Positions 9,101 to 16,546 of a DNA stretch of 64,000 nt are shown here, one piece after another. Source of the DNA: Coriobacteriia bacterium (GTDB lineage: Bacteria > Actinomycetota > Coriobacteriia > WRKU01 > JAENWW01). Numbering within the stretch: the first letter of the stretch is position 1; every line of letters starts with the position of its first letter. The position numbers and the translations under genes are program-made. The DNA lies in the NCBI GenBank assembly GCA_016649875.1, contig JAENWW010000003.1:26415-90414 (forward strand). Reading direction: 5' to 3'. The notes below the pieces were generated by a model. It did no database searches. It was not told the DNA's origin and was given only the letters and a program-made list of their open reading frames with translations.

Positions 9101-9315
9101 CCGTCGGCCTCAAAGAAACGAATATTGTTTCCGCGGAGGAATTCGACAGAGTGCTGTTCGATGCGACCGCTCTTGCAGAGTTGGCGGCTCGAAATATCTC
9201 TGAGGGGCGGGTGCCGATCGTTCGTGGCTCCTCGCTTAATGCAGTGGAACTGGCCGCGGCGGAGATGCCTTGTGAATATTGCGGATATGTCGGTTGTCCG
9301 GCAAAAAGAAATTAG
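6196..9315 (+). CDS. addB: Helicase-nuclease subunit B-type protein (AddB/RexB or AdnA-like): degenerate N-terminal motor plus a C-terminal PD-(D/E)xK nuclease with a 4-Cys cluster
   Basis: 1039 aa. The N-terminal P-loop is degenerate (ITGADGTGKL). The C-terminal RecB-family nuclease motif is DRIDID...VVLDYKGG. The cysteine pattern C...(nuclease)...CxxCxxxxC (CPYGWFVDRYC then CEYCGYVGC) matches an AddB-type Fe-S cluster. Confidence 0.65.
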   Translation: MSLHIITGADGTGKLDMLLNMLSHLKEQKFQETNILCPQIAAADVLGRKLSRVGIADIGVIDINRWITKLWEQKGGNRALIEPEQRNDILFQAASSFVDEKGDAERHSYLLSRGVHDILNDIVVHIGAASNISETSLLVRENAGEDIFSVWKRYAKDLDVMNLVERVDALAEMVVLGKSDAIDTIIGVYGFTGFDPAQLSFLSALARNNEVVVSLLYDEEVSGTEQIFGLYRYFKGILQETGGTEIYLPLPDGSVRTPASFADRMFGNSATRETRGYVESGALSFGFAQGKAAEISLIVKTCKEALESYEPNEIAIIFRGFKRNSYKIIEELERYGIAYSVDITIPLRATPLGAAFFSLVQMAPELATYTEKKRVSIIESKQKYGEFLRSSFSGWNDEIYFAADENFRSQEKYISSYETVYEALSSSTGRYSNKVVSSLKIAVRTMRLDDWKTVLDAMLSSSLEEERLSKFWHMQNTAAHHNMIEALSQAVQRVASAENIIDFAAFFELIYRGTVNLTEQKSATGGVLVSDSSRVRGREPKVVIIGGLSREEYRNAHCETPSERIVNAQIDGLTGERPDSARRARLQEELFAYEVLASAQEAVYLCIQPEDEHGEAVATSLLVDDVFSDQECFNSNQLFTEEFYRADIFQKQRFSAYLKNAGDPDSIDVGFGFGQRKRPDERLTLAPPFIPDRGVSVLDLYGDEERLGGASEREFSPSGIELFAKCPYGWFVDRYCPSGSLDEGMDAKAAGIAIHAILEDFYTTWTAPKSAGGKGQRRVVRENLDGALAHLHERFKIHPPRIARLDILKCANWTVEQVRWYWGLLKKAEHRIRKDADLLCGAADETFYPYRFEYKFGSLSHGDDSDVSPICKAHVGIVPIHGLVDRIDIDAEGRRYVVLDYKGGISTKEGLEILKSVKIQILLYLIAAQDVLQGEEDMTNDVNPAGAAYISYSKSVGDRGIFKNVSADTVGLKETNIVSAEEFDRVLFDATALAELAARNISEGRVPIVRGSSLNAVELAAAEMPCEYCGYVGCPAKRN

Positions 9316-9327
9316 GGTGGAGCAGAA

Positions 9328-12300
9328 ATGGCACAGGCTATTCGAAAAGAAGCAGGCGGAATCGAACCGGGAGAACTGAACGCCGGGCAACGTGAGGTGT
9401 TTGAAGGCATAGGCTGCTCTCTTGTGGTGAATGCGGGCGCCGGAACTGGAAAAACTAAGACCTTGACCTCGGCGTATGTCGGGGCCCTGTTGTCGATGGA
9501 GCTCGATGGCAACCCGCTGAGCTCGGAAAACATTGTCGCCATCACGTACACGAAGGCTGCCGCTGAGGAGCTACGCACCCGGACCGTTCGCATGCTACAG
9601 GCAAAGGAGCGGCAGGATCTGGTGGCTCAGATGGATGATGCGTGGGTGTCGACGATCCATGCGTTCTGCACGCGTATTTTGCGCGAGGAAAATATCGCCG
9701 TGGCGAAAATGTTCGGTATCGATCCGAGTTTTTCGGTGCTCGAACCTGAAGACTCGTCTGAAATGCTATCGGAAGCCATACGAGAAACGCTTGAAAAGGA
9801 CAAAGCTTCGCAGGGGCTGTATTCCGCCCTGACCGAGAGGCAGGCCCCCGATACGGTTTTTAGTAATATTCGGTCCCTCTTATACGATGCGAAAATGTAT
9901 GGGATCGAACTTTCCGACGATGTGCGCGAGCGACCGGAAATTTTGTCGCAGATGCCGTTCGGAGCGGCGATAGACGAGTATTTCGGACAGTTCTTGAGTC
10001 TCGCCGAGTGTGCGGATGAGCTCTACACGATGAATAAAAGAGCTTTGTCGAGTCTCGATTTCAATGATTTGATCTATTATGTCGAACGGCTTTTTAAAGA
10101 TGACGCCGCAATTCGGGAAAAGTACAAAAAACAGTTCGCCATCCTTCTCATCGACGAGTTCCAGGATACGAATTTTTTGCAGTATAAGATCTTCAAACAC
10201 ATAAGCGAGGAAAATCTCACGCGGGTCGGTGACAAAAACCAGAGCATCTACGGCTTCCAGGGAGCGGAAGTGAGAGTTTTCGAGAGCGCCCTTCGAGAGG
10301 ACGGTGTGACCGAAGTACGTTTGGGCGATAATTATCGTTCGCACGGGGATATTTTGCAGATGATCAATGCAATGTTTTCCGCCGACTACTTGTTCGGAAA
10401 TGATTTCGTCAGGCTTTCCGCGGGAAAAAGCGAACCTTTCGAAAGGCATGAGCCCTCTTCGGAGCACAAACGGCTCAAAGTGCATGGGTTTGCCGGTAGC
10501 AAACCACCGCAGATAATCGAACAGCAGGCGCAATGGATTGCAAAGGAGTTCGAGCGTCTGAACAAAGAGGGCTATTCCTACGGAGAAATGGTGGTTTTAC
10601 TTCCGACGCGAAATAAAGGAAAAACCTTTCAGCATGCGTTCGAGGCACACGGGATAGATGCCGTCGTGGTCGGCGGCGACGACCTCTTCACCGAGACGTA
10701 TATGCAAGAGTTGATTCTGACGCTGGCTTTTCTCGATAACCCCCTCGATGACGCGCTGTTCACGAAGGTGGCCCTTTCGATTTTCGGGCGCATTCCCGAT
10801 GAAGAGCTCGTTGCAATCACGCGTCAAGCCAAAGCCGCAGAGCCTCGAGGGAGAGCGTGGGAATCCGCAGTTCGGTTCGTCGGAGATGCGCCCGAATCGC
10901 AAACGGCCTTTTTCGTGTGCGCCATGCAGGATGCATTGGCGGCGATTCGCACCCAAAGTCCGGCTAATGTTGCTCGATTTCTCATAACTGCGACCGGTGT
11001 GGATACCTTGCTCCTCAACGGGGAGGAGCTCGAAGGTCGTGAAGAGTCTTTCCGCCAAGTGTATGCGAACTACGGGCAGGTCATCGCCCATATGGAGCGC
11101 CTGAACGAGGAGGGGAAAGGCTACCGACGCATAGTGGGGGATCTCATGCGCGGGTTGCAAGCGGGAAGTGGTTATAAAGCGAAAGTGGGGCAGGTGTCGA
11201 CCAAGGCGAAGCTCGGACAAGGACGATCCGGAGATGATGTCGTCCAAATCATGACCATCCATGGTGCGAAAGGCCTTCAGTACCCCGTGGTCGCAGTGCC
11301 CCTCTTCGCGAACGGCTCCAGAGGGGAAGACGGTATCATTCACGCCGTCGACGTCGAGACCGAGCCTTTCACCATGAAGCTTGCATTCAACTATCCGCTG
11401 AACGAGGCCGAAAATGAACAGTTCAATATGTTTTACGAGCTTGCAAAGACAGTGCGAAAGGCCGAGATAGAGAAAGTCAAAGCAGATAATAAAGCCTCGA
11501 GGGGCTCGGGCGGTGCACAAGAGGTGCCGAAAAGTCTTGCAATGAATCAGTTCGGGTACGTATCAAAGAAGATTCAGATCGGGAACGACGTGCGTGCGCA
11601 TAAGAAAGCACGCGATGAAGCCGAGCGGCTTCGCTTGCTCTACGTGGCGCTTACGCGTGCCGAAGACAGACTGCTGGTGAGCTATTCGTGCCCGAAGAAA
11701 GAAACCAGCAACGAGGAGCTCAGTCAAAAAGGTGACGTGAATTCGAAAGCAACGGCACGCCTGCGAGAACTTCTCGAAGAAGAGAGTCTGTGCGATATAG
11801 TGTCTTTTTTCGATGCTCAACAAGCAGATGCGCAGGTCGATTACAAAGATGCCGATCGAGAAGATGTGTGCGCAGGGGAAGATGAGGCGCAGGAGGTGCC
11901 GAAGGATTTTCCGCTCGGGACCGACTACGCGAAGAATTTCGAGCGGCAGTATACCTTTTCCGAAACCGGCACTCCCAAGACCCTCACTCCCGAGACGGGC
12001 GGAGAGCCCGGCGTTCGTGCGCGCTATGCACCGAACCCGAGTCAGCCACAGCGTTCCATACTCCAATTCAGTGCCTCGAATATCGATAAGTTCATGAAGT
12101 GCCCTCGGCAATATTGGCTGGGGGATGTATTACGGGTCGGATTGCCGGCCGTGGCGCAAGAATCGATGCCTGCGACCAGGGCGACTAAGGGGACGGCCAT
12201 GCACGCCGTACTCGAACTGGCGGCGCGCGACTTAACCATCCGAAAGGGAAAAGAAACGAACGGGCCGTTCCCGGTCTCCGAGTTGCTCGGTGAAAAGATC

Positions 12301-12882
12301 AAAAGTATATATCGATTGGACGATGAAACAGTTCACGAAGTTTTACAGGCGGCCGAGAAGGTATTGGCTTCCAGCTGGTGGAAGATGCTCGGCGATGCGC
12401 AGGAAGTGCAGCCTGAATCGCAGTTTTACACACAGCTTGAAGATGCGCAGCGTAACGAGTTCTTTCTTCAAGGGTTCATGGATGTGTACGCGGTTCTCAA
12501 AGATGGAACCGCGCTGGTGATCGACTATAAATCGGGGGTTTCTAAAGGTAGTCCGGAAAAGTACAAAATCCAAATGGAGTGCTACGCATGCGCGGCGCTG
12601 AGCAGAAAAGATATCGACACCGTCGAGGTCGCTTTCCTCAAACCCGAGATGTCGGACCCCGAGGATCAAGAGAAATTCATCGCCATCACGCAGACATACA
12701 CCCACAGAAATATGAGCGCCCTGGAATCGAGTCTCGTTCAGGCGAAACGCGGCATGGAGTCCGTCGAAGAAAACATCGAAGAAGGGTATCTGAAAAAGCA
12801 TGTATCGAGCAGCGTATGCAGCGTATGCTCGTATGCCGGTCCCCTTTGCCCCTACGGATTGAAGTTTAAGAGGAGAGGCTAG
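9328..12882 (+). CDS. addA: Helicase-nuclease subunit A-type protein (AddA/RexA or AdnB-like): UvrD-family SF1 helicase plus a C-terminal RecB-like nuclease
   Basis: 1184 aa. Walker A is GAGTGKTKTL and motif II is ILLIDEFQDTN. Other UvrD-family motifs are present. The C-terminal nuclease motif is VIDYKSG. An unusual additional 4-Cys pattern is present (KCPRQYW then CSVCSYAGPLC). Confidence 0.7.
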   Translation: MAQAIRKEAGGIEPGELNAGQREVFEGIGCSLVVNAGAGTGKTKTLTSAYVGALLSMELDGNPLSSENIVAITYTKAAAEELRTRTVRMLQAKERQDLVAQMDDAWVSTIHAFCTRILREENIAVAKMFGIDPSFSVLEPEDSSEMLSEAIRETLEKDKASQGLYSALTERQAPDTVFSNIRSLLYDAKMYGIELSDDVRERPEILSQMPFGAAIDEYFGQFLSLAECADELYTMNKRALSSLDFNDLIYYVERLFKDDAAIREKYKKQFAILLIDEFQDTNFLQYKIFKHISEENLTRVGDKNQSIYGFQGAEVRVFESALREDGVTEVRLGDNYRSHGDILQMINAMFSADYLFGNDFVRLSAGKSEPFERHEPSSEHKRLKVHGFAGSKPPQIIEQQAQWIAKEFERLNKEGYSYGEMVVLLPTRNKGKTFQHAFEAHGIDAVVVGGDDLFTETYMQELILTLAFLDNPLDDALFTKVALSIFGRIPDEELVAITRQAKAAEPRGRAWESAVRFVGDAPESQTAFFVCAMQDALAAIRTQSPANVARFLITATGVDTLLLNGEELEGREESFRQVYANYGQVIAHMERLNEEGKGYRRIVGDLMRGLQAGSGYKAKVGQVSTKAKLGQGRSGDDVVQIMTIHGAKGLQYPVVAVPLFANGSRGEDGIIHAVDVETEPFTMKLAFNYPLNEAENEQFNMFYELAKTVRKAEIEKVKADNKASRGSGGAQEVPKSLAMNQFGYVSKKIQIGNDVRAHKKARDEAERLRLLYVALTRAEDRLLVSYSCPKKETSNEELSQKGDVNSKATARLRELLEEESLCDIVSFFDAQQADAQVDYKDADREDVCAGEDEAQEVPKDFPLGTDYAKNFERQYTFSETGTPKTLTPETGGEPGVRARYAPNPSQPQRSILQFSASNIDKFMKCPRQYWLGDVLRVGLPAVAQESMPATRATKGTAMHAVLELAARDLTIRKGKETNGPFPVSELLGEKIKSIYRLDDETVHEVLQAAEKVLASSWWKMLGDAQEVQPESQFYTQLEDAQRNEFFLQGFMDVYAVLKDGTALVIDYKSGVSKGSPEKYKIQMECYACAALSRKDIDTVEVAFLKPEMSDPEDQEKFIAITQTYTHRNMSALESSLVQAKRGMESVEENIEEGYLKKHVSSSVCSVCSYAGPLCPYGLKFKRRG

Positions 12883-13949
12883 GCTTTGCGGTAAGTGTTG
12901 GCGAGCTGTCCGCACGCCGCCGCGATGTCGCCACCGCGCTCCATGCGAACCGTCGCCGTGACGTGGGCCTCCTCGAAAGCGCGTGCGATTCCTGTAATAC
13001 GTGTACGCGAGGGCGGTTTGGCCTCTCCGTTTGTTATGGGATTTATCGGAATCAAGTTTACGTGGGCTCCGATCCGCTTTGCAAATCGAATTATTTCGGA
13101 GACTTCTTTATCCTCGGTCTGCGGGCCGTCGATGAGAGCATATTCGAGACTCGGGCGTCGGCCACTTTCCAGGTAGTAGTTTTCCAGAGCCAGAAAAAGT
13201 TTGTCGAGCGTTTGCGTGGCGAGACCGGGCATAAGCAAATCACGTGTGCCTTGAATCGCCGAATGCAGTGAAACGGCGAGCGTGAATTGTTCCGGTTCCT
13301 GTGCAAAACGGTCGATACCTTCCACGAGGCCGCTTGTCGACACGGTGATATGTCGAGCGCCTATATTCATCCCCTGCTCGCTGTTGAGTATGCGCAAACC
13401 GCTTAATACCGCATCGTAGTTTGCGAAAGGCTCCCCTTGTCCCATGACGACGACGTTGCTTACACGACGATTGAAATCTTGTTCCACGAGACGAACTTGC
13501 TCGGCTATTTCGCCCGGGAGGAGATTGCGGCGAAAGCCCGCCTGTCCGGTTGCGCAAAAAGTACAGCCGAAAGTACACCCGGCCTGCGAAGAGAGGCAGA
13601 CGGTGAGGCGGTCTTTCGTCGGTAGACCGACAGCTTCGACGATTTCACCGTCATCGAATTCGATGAGATATTTTCTCGTTCCATCGGTGGAAGTTTGGCA
13701 CTCGATGATGTTCGCCCGTTGCAAGGGGGCGACGAGTGCGAGTTTCGTTCTCAAATCTTCGCTGAAGTTCGTCATTTCTTCGTACGAGTCTACAGGGTTG
13801 GCGTAAAGCCATTCCGTAAGTTGTTTCGCCCGGAACTTCGGCTGACCGAGCGCTTTGAAAAGCGCGGGATATTCATCGAGGCTGTAAGCGAAAATTCGGC
13901 GCACGGCAAAATCGGAGGGTATGCTTATCGGGGGAACGTAACGAGTCAC
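12879..13949 (-). CDS. rlmN: 23S rRNA m2A2503 / tRNA m2A37 methyltransferase, radical SAM (RlmN family)
   Basis: 356 aa with a radical-SAM CxxxCxxC motif (CTFGCTFCATGQAG). The N-terminus matches RlmN (FRAKQLTEWLY) and the conserved C-terminal Cys is present. Confidence 0.85.
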   Translation of the reverse strand: MTRYVPPISIPSDFAVRRIFAYSLDEYPALFKALGQPKFRAKQLTEWLYANPVDSYEEMTNFSEDLRTKLALVAPLQRANIIECQTSTDGTRKYLIEFDDGEIVEAVGLPTKDRLTVCLSSQAGCTFGCTFCATGQAGFRRNLLPGEIAEQVRLVEQDFNRRVSNVVVMGQGEPFANYDAVLSGLRILNSEQGMNIGARHITVSTSGLVEGIDRFAQEPEQFTLAVSLHSAIQGTRDLLMPGLATQTLDKLFLALENYYLESGRRPSLEYALIDGPQTEDKEVSEIIRFAKRIGAHVNLIPINPITNGEAKPPSRTRITGIARAFEEAHVTATVRMERGGDIAAACGQLANTYRKA

Positions 13950-14108
13950 GTGAAAGTCCTTTTCTCAGTGGCATAAACAGTTTGCGGATAGTATCATTTA
14001 GAGATTGGAACCCGTCGAAAAGTATCGGCATGAAGACAGATGTGTTCGCGAGCTACTCCATTATAGGTTATGGATATGACGAGCGTGTGGAGGGGATTGG
14101 AGTAGCCG

Positions 14109-15056
14109 ATGCAAGAGATGCGAAGTTTGAAAGTGGCCGTACTCAAAGGTGGCGTTTCCGCCGAGCGTGAGGTCTCGTTGCGCTCGGGGGAAAAGATAGC
14201 CGCATCTCTCCGCTCGGCAGGATGCATTGTCGTCGAATACGACACGAAAGAGCTTTCATTCATTGAGAAACTTCTGAACGACCGACCCGATGTCATCTAT
14301 ATTGCTTTGCACGGTCGGCATGGTGAAGACGGCACGATGCAAGGATTATGCGAGCTTCTGCACATACCCTATGTCGGCAGCGGTGTTTTAGCGAGCTCCT
14401 TGGCAATCGACAAGGTGATGAGCAAGCGCTTTTACGTACAGGCGGGGATCCCGACCCCCCGATATTTGGTTGCGGAGAATACGAAACAGTTCGATATCGC
14501 TGCGTTTGTCGCTCGGGTGGCCGCCGAGCTCGGAGGAAAAACGGTCGTGAAACCGACCAACGAGGGCTCATCGATCGGGATGAGCATCGTACATGCGCTC
14601 GACGAGTTACCGCACGCGCTTGAATATGCGTTCGAGTACGACTCGACGGTGTTGGTCGAGCAGTTCATCGAAGGTACCGAGGTGACGGTCGGCGTCTTAG
14701 GCAATGAGTGCCCTCGCGCGCTTCCCACCATCGAAGTGGTCGCAAAAAATGAATTCTATGATTACGCGGCAAAATATGAAGCGGGAATGTCACAACATAT
14801 AATACCGGCTCGTGTGGGTGCCGAGGCGAACAAGCTTTGCTCCGATTTGGCCGAACAGACCCATTCGGTGCTTGGTTGTCGAAGCATTTCTCGCAGCGAC
14901 TTCATCGTCGATGCCGACGGGGGAGTGTGGCTCCTGGAGACGAATACACTTCCGGGGATGACCGATGCTTCATTGGTTCCCGATGCGGCCAAGCGCGCGG
15001 GCATTGATTTTTCCGAACTGTGCGTGATGCTCGTTTCGTTGGCGCTTGAAAAATAA
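14109..15056 (+). CDS. ddl: D-alanine--D-alanine ligase
   Basis: 315 aa with an ATP-grasp fold and the Ddl N-terminal signature (VAVLKGGVSAEREVSLRSG). Confidence 0.85.
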   Translation: MQEMRSLKVAVLKGGVSAEREVSLRSGEKIAASLRSAGCIVVEYDTKELSFIEKLLNDRPDVIYIALHGRHGEDGTMQGLCELLHIPYVGSGVLASSLAIDKVMSKRFYVQAGIPTPRYLVAENTKQFDIAAFVARVAAELGGKTVVKPTNEGSSIGMSIVHALDELPHALEYAFEYDSTVLVEQFIEGTEVTVGVLGNECPRALPTIEVVAKNEFYDYAAKYEAGMSQHIIPARVGAEANKLCSDLAEQTHSVLGCRSISRSDFIVDADGGVWLLETNTLPGMTDASLVPDAAKRAGIDFSELCVMLVSLALEK

Positions 15057-15217
15057 TTGCTGTCGCTGGTGTGTGTGCCTCGGCGAACTGCCGACCACGG
15101 TGTCCTATGTTGGCGGTATTATTGCTATAGTAAGCGTGCGCGCGCGGTGCCGCGTGACTGGCCGGAACCGGCGATGCGCATATTTTGAACGATTTATTTC
15201 TACGACAGGAACACTAC

Positions 15218-16546
15218 ATGAACAGCGTGAAAGAAATCATTTTCGTCGTTGTGCTGATTTTGGTCAACGGATACTTCGCCGCAGCTGAAATCGCGCTCAT
15301 CAGCGCAAAAAAGTCAGCGTTATTGCGAAGCGCCGACGAGGGGTCGAAGGGTGCAAAGACCGCCCTGAAGCTCAGCGAAGACCAAACGCGCATGCTTTCG
15401 ACGGTACAGGTTGCCATCACGTTGGTGGGCATGCTGGCCTCGGCTACCGCTGCCGTGACGTTGGCCGCCCCGCTCCAGCGATGGCTTGAAAAAGTGGGTA
15501 TCGGAGCGCTTTCAACGGTCGCTTCGGGGCTGTCGGTATTCATCGTCACCCTTATCATAAGCTACTTCACGCTGGTCATCGGAGAGCTGGTACCTAAGCG
15601 CATCGGTATCAGAAAAGCCGATTCGGTAGCCATAGCCGTTGCGGGCCCGGTGGCATTTCTCGCAGTCGTCGCCGCTCCGGTCGTGTGGCTCCTCACAAAA
15701 TCGACGAACCTCCTTTCAAATTTCATCGGTTTACACGAGGACGAAAACGACGAAGCCAACGAAGAGGAAATAAAACTTCTCATCAATCAGCAAAGTTCGT
15801 TGCTCGATGAAGAGAAGCAGATGATAAATGAGATTTTTGAACTCGGGGATACGGTTGTTCGCGAAATCATGGTTCCTCGCGTCGATATGACTTTCATCGA
15901 GGATACGAGCTCGGTAATCGAGAGCCTTCGGGCCCTGCAATCGAAGGGCTATTCCCGTGTTCCGGTATTTCACGAGGGCCACGATAAAATCATCGGCATC
16001 GCCATGTTGAAAGATATCGTCATTCCCGTCAGTGAAGGCAAGGGGGATGCTCCGGTCACCGACTATATGCGCGTGCCGTCATTCGTACCCGAAACAAAAG
16101 GAATCCTGCCGTTGTTGACCGATATGCAGACGACGAGAAATCAAATGGCGGTTGTCGTCGATGAGTACGGGGGTACTGCCGGAATCGTGACGATTGAGGA
16201 TATCGTCGAGGAAGTCGTCGGTGAAATTTCCGATGAGTTCGATCGCGATAAGGCGGACGTGAGCGAATTGCGCACTGACGAGTGGGTCGTCAACGGGACG
16301 CTTCCCGTAGAAGATGCGGAGGGGCTCGGATTTCCTGTTCAGGAGTCGGACGAGTATGATACTATCGCAGGCTGGATGTTAGAAAAGTTCGGCCACATTC
16401 CACATGTGGGAGAAGAAATCGAGCAAGACGACTTTACCTTTACCGTGCACAGTATGCGTAAGCGGCGCATCGCCCGCATCAGAATAAACGGTCTGGCGCA
16501 TAAGGATTATCGGCTAGGAGACGAACTTGACGAAGGAAAAGAATAA
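15218..16546 (+). CDS. CNNM/CorC/TlyC-family membrane protein (DUF21 TM domain, CBS pair, CorC_HlyC)
   Basis: N-terminal DUF21 transmembrane domain, a CBS pair (IMVPRVDM...) and a C-terminal transporter-associated domain. The ORF track starts at a TTG at 15185. I prefer the ATG at 15218. Confidence 0.75.
   Translation: MNSVKEIIFVVVLILVNGYFAAAEIALISAKKSALLRSADEGSKGAKTALKLSEDQTRMLSTVQVAITLVGMLASATAAVTLAAPLQRWLEKVGIGALSTVASGLSVFIVTLIISYFTLVIGELVPKRIGIRKADSVAIAVAGPVAFLAVVAAPVVWLLTKSTNLLSNFIGLHEDENDEANEEEIKLLINQQSSLLDEEKQMINEIFELGDTVVREIMVPRVDMTFIEDTSSVIESLRALQSKGYSRVPVFHEGHDKIIGIAMLKDIVIPVSEGKGDAPVTDYMRVPSFVPETKGILPLLTDMQTTRNQMAVVVDEYGGTAGIVTIEDIVEEVVGEISDEFDRDKADVSELRTDEWVVNGTLPVEDAEGLGFPVQESDEYDTIAGWMLEKFGHIPHVGEEIEQDDFTFTVHSMRKRRIARIRINGLAHKDYRLGDELDEGKE

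Noticed and set aside
10597-11520. Long antisense ORFs (for example 10597-11520, 24386-25411, 28985-29707, 32780-33580, 35008-35784, 18189-18890)
   Set aside because: These are typical shadow ORFs of a high-GC genome lying opposite strongly supported genes. They have Arg/Pro/Ser-rich, low-complexity translations.
13936-13952. TCACGTGAAAG: a possible third parS half-site at the rlmN start
   Set aside because: Only about 11 of 16 positions match and the outer arms do not. I treat it as a chance core match.
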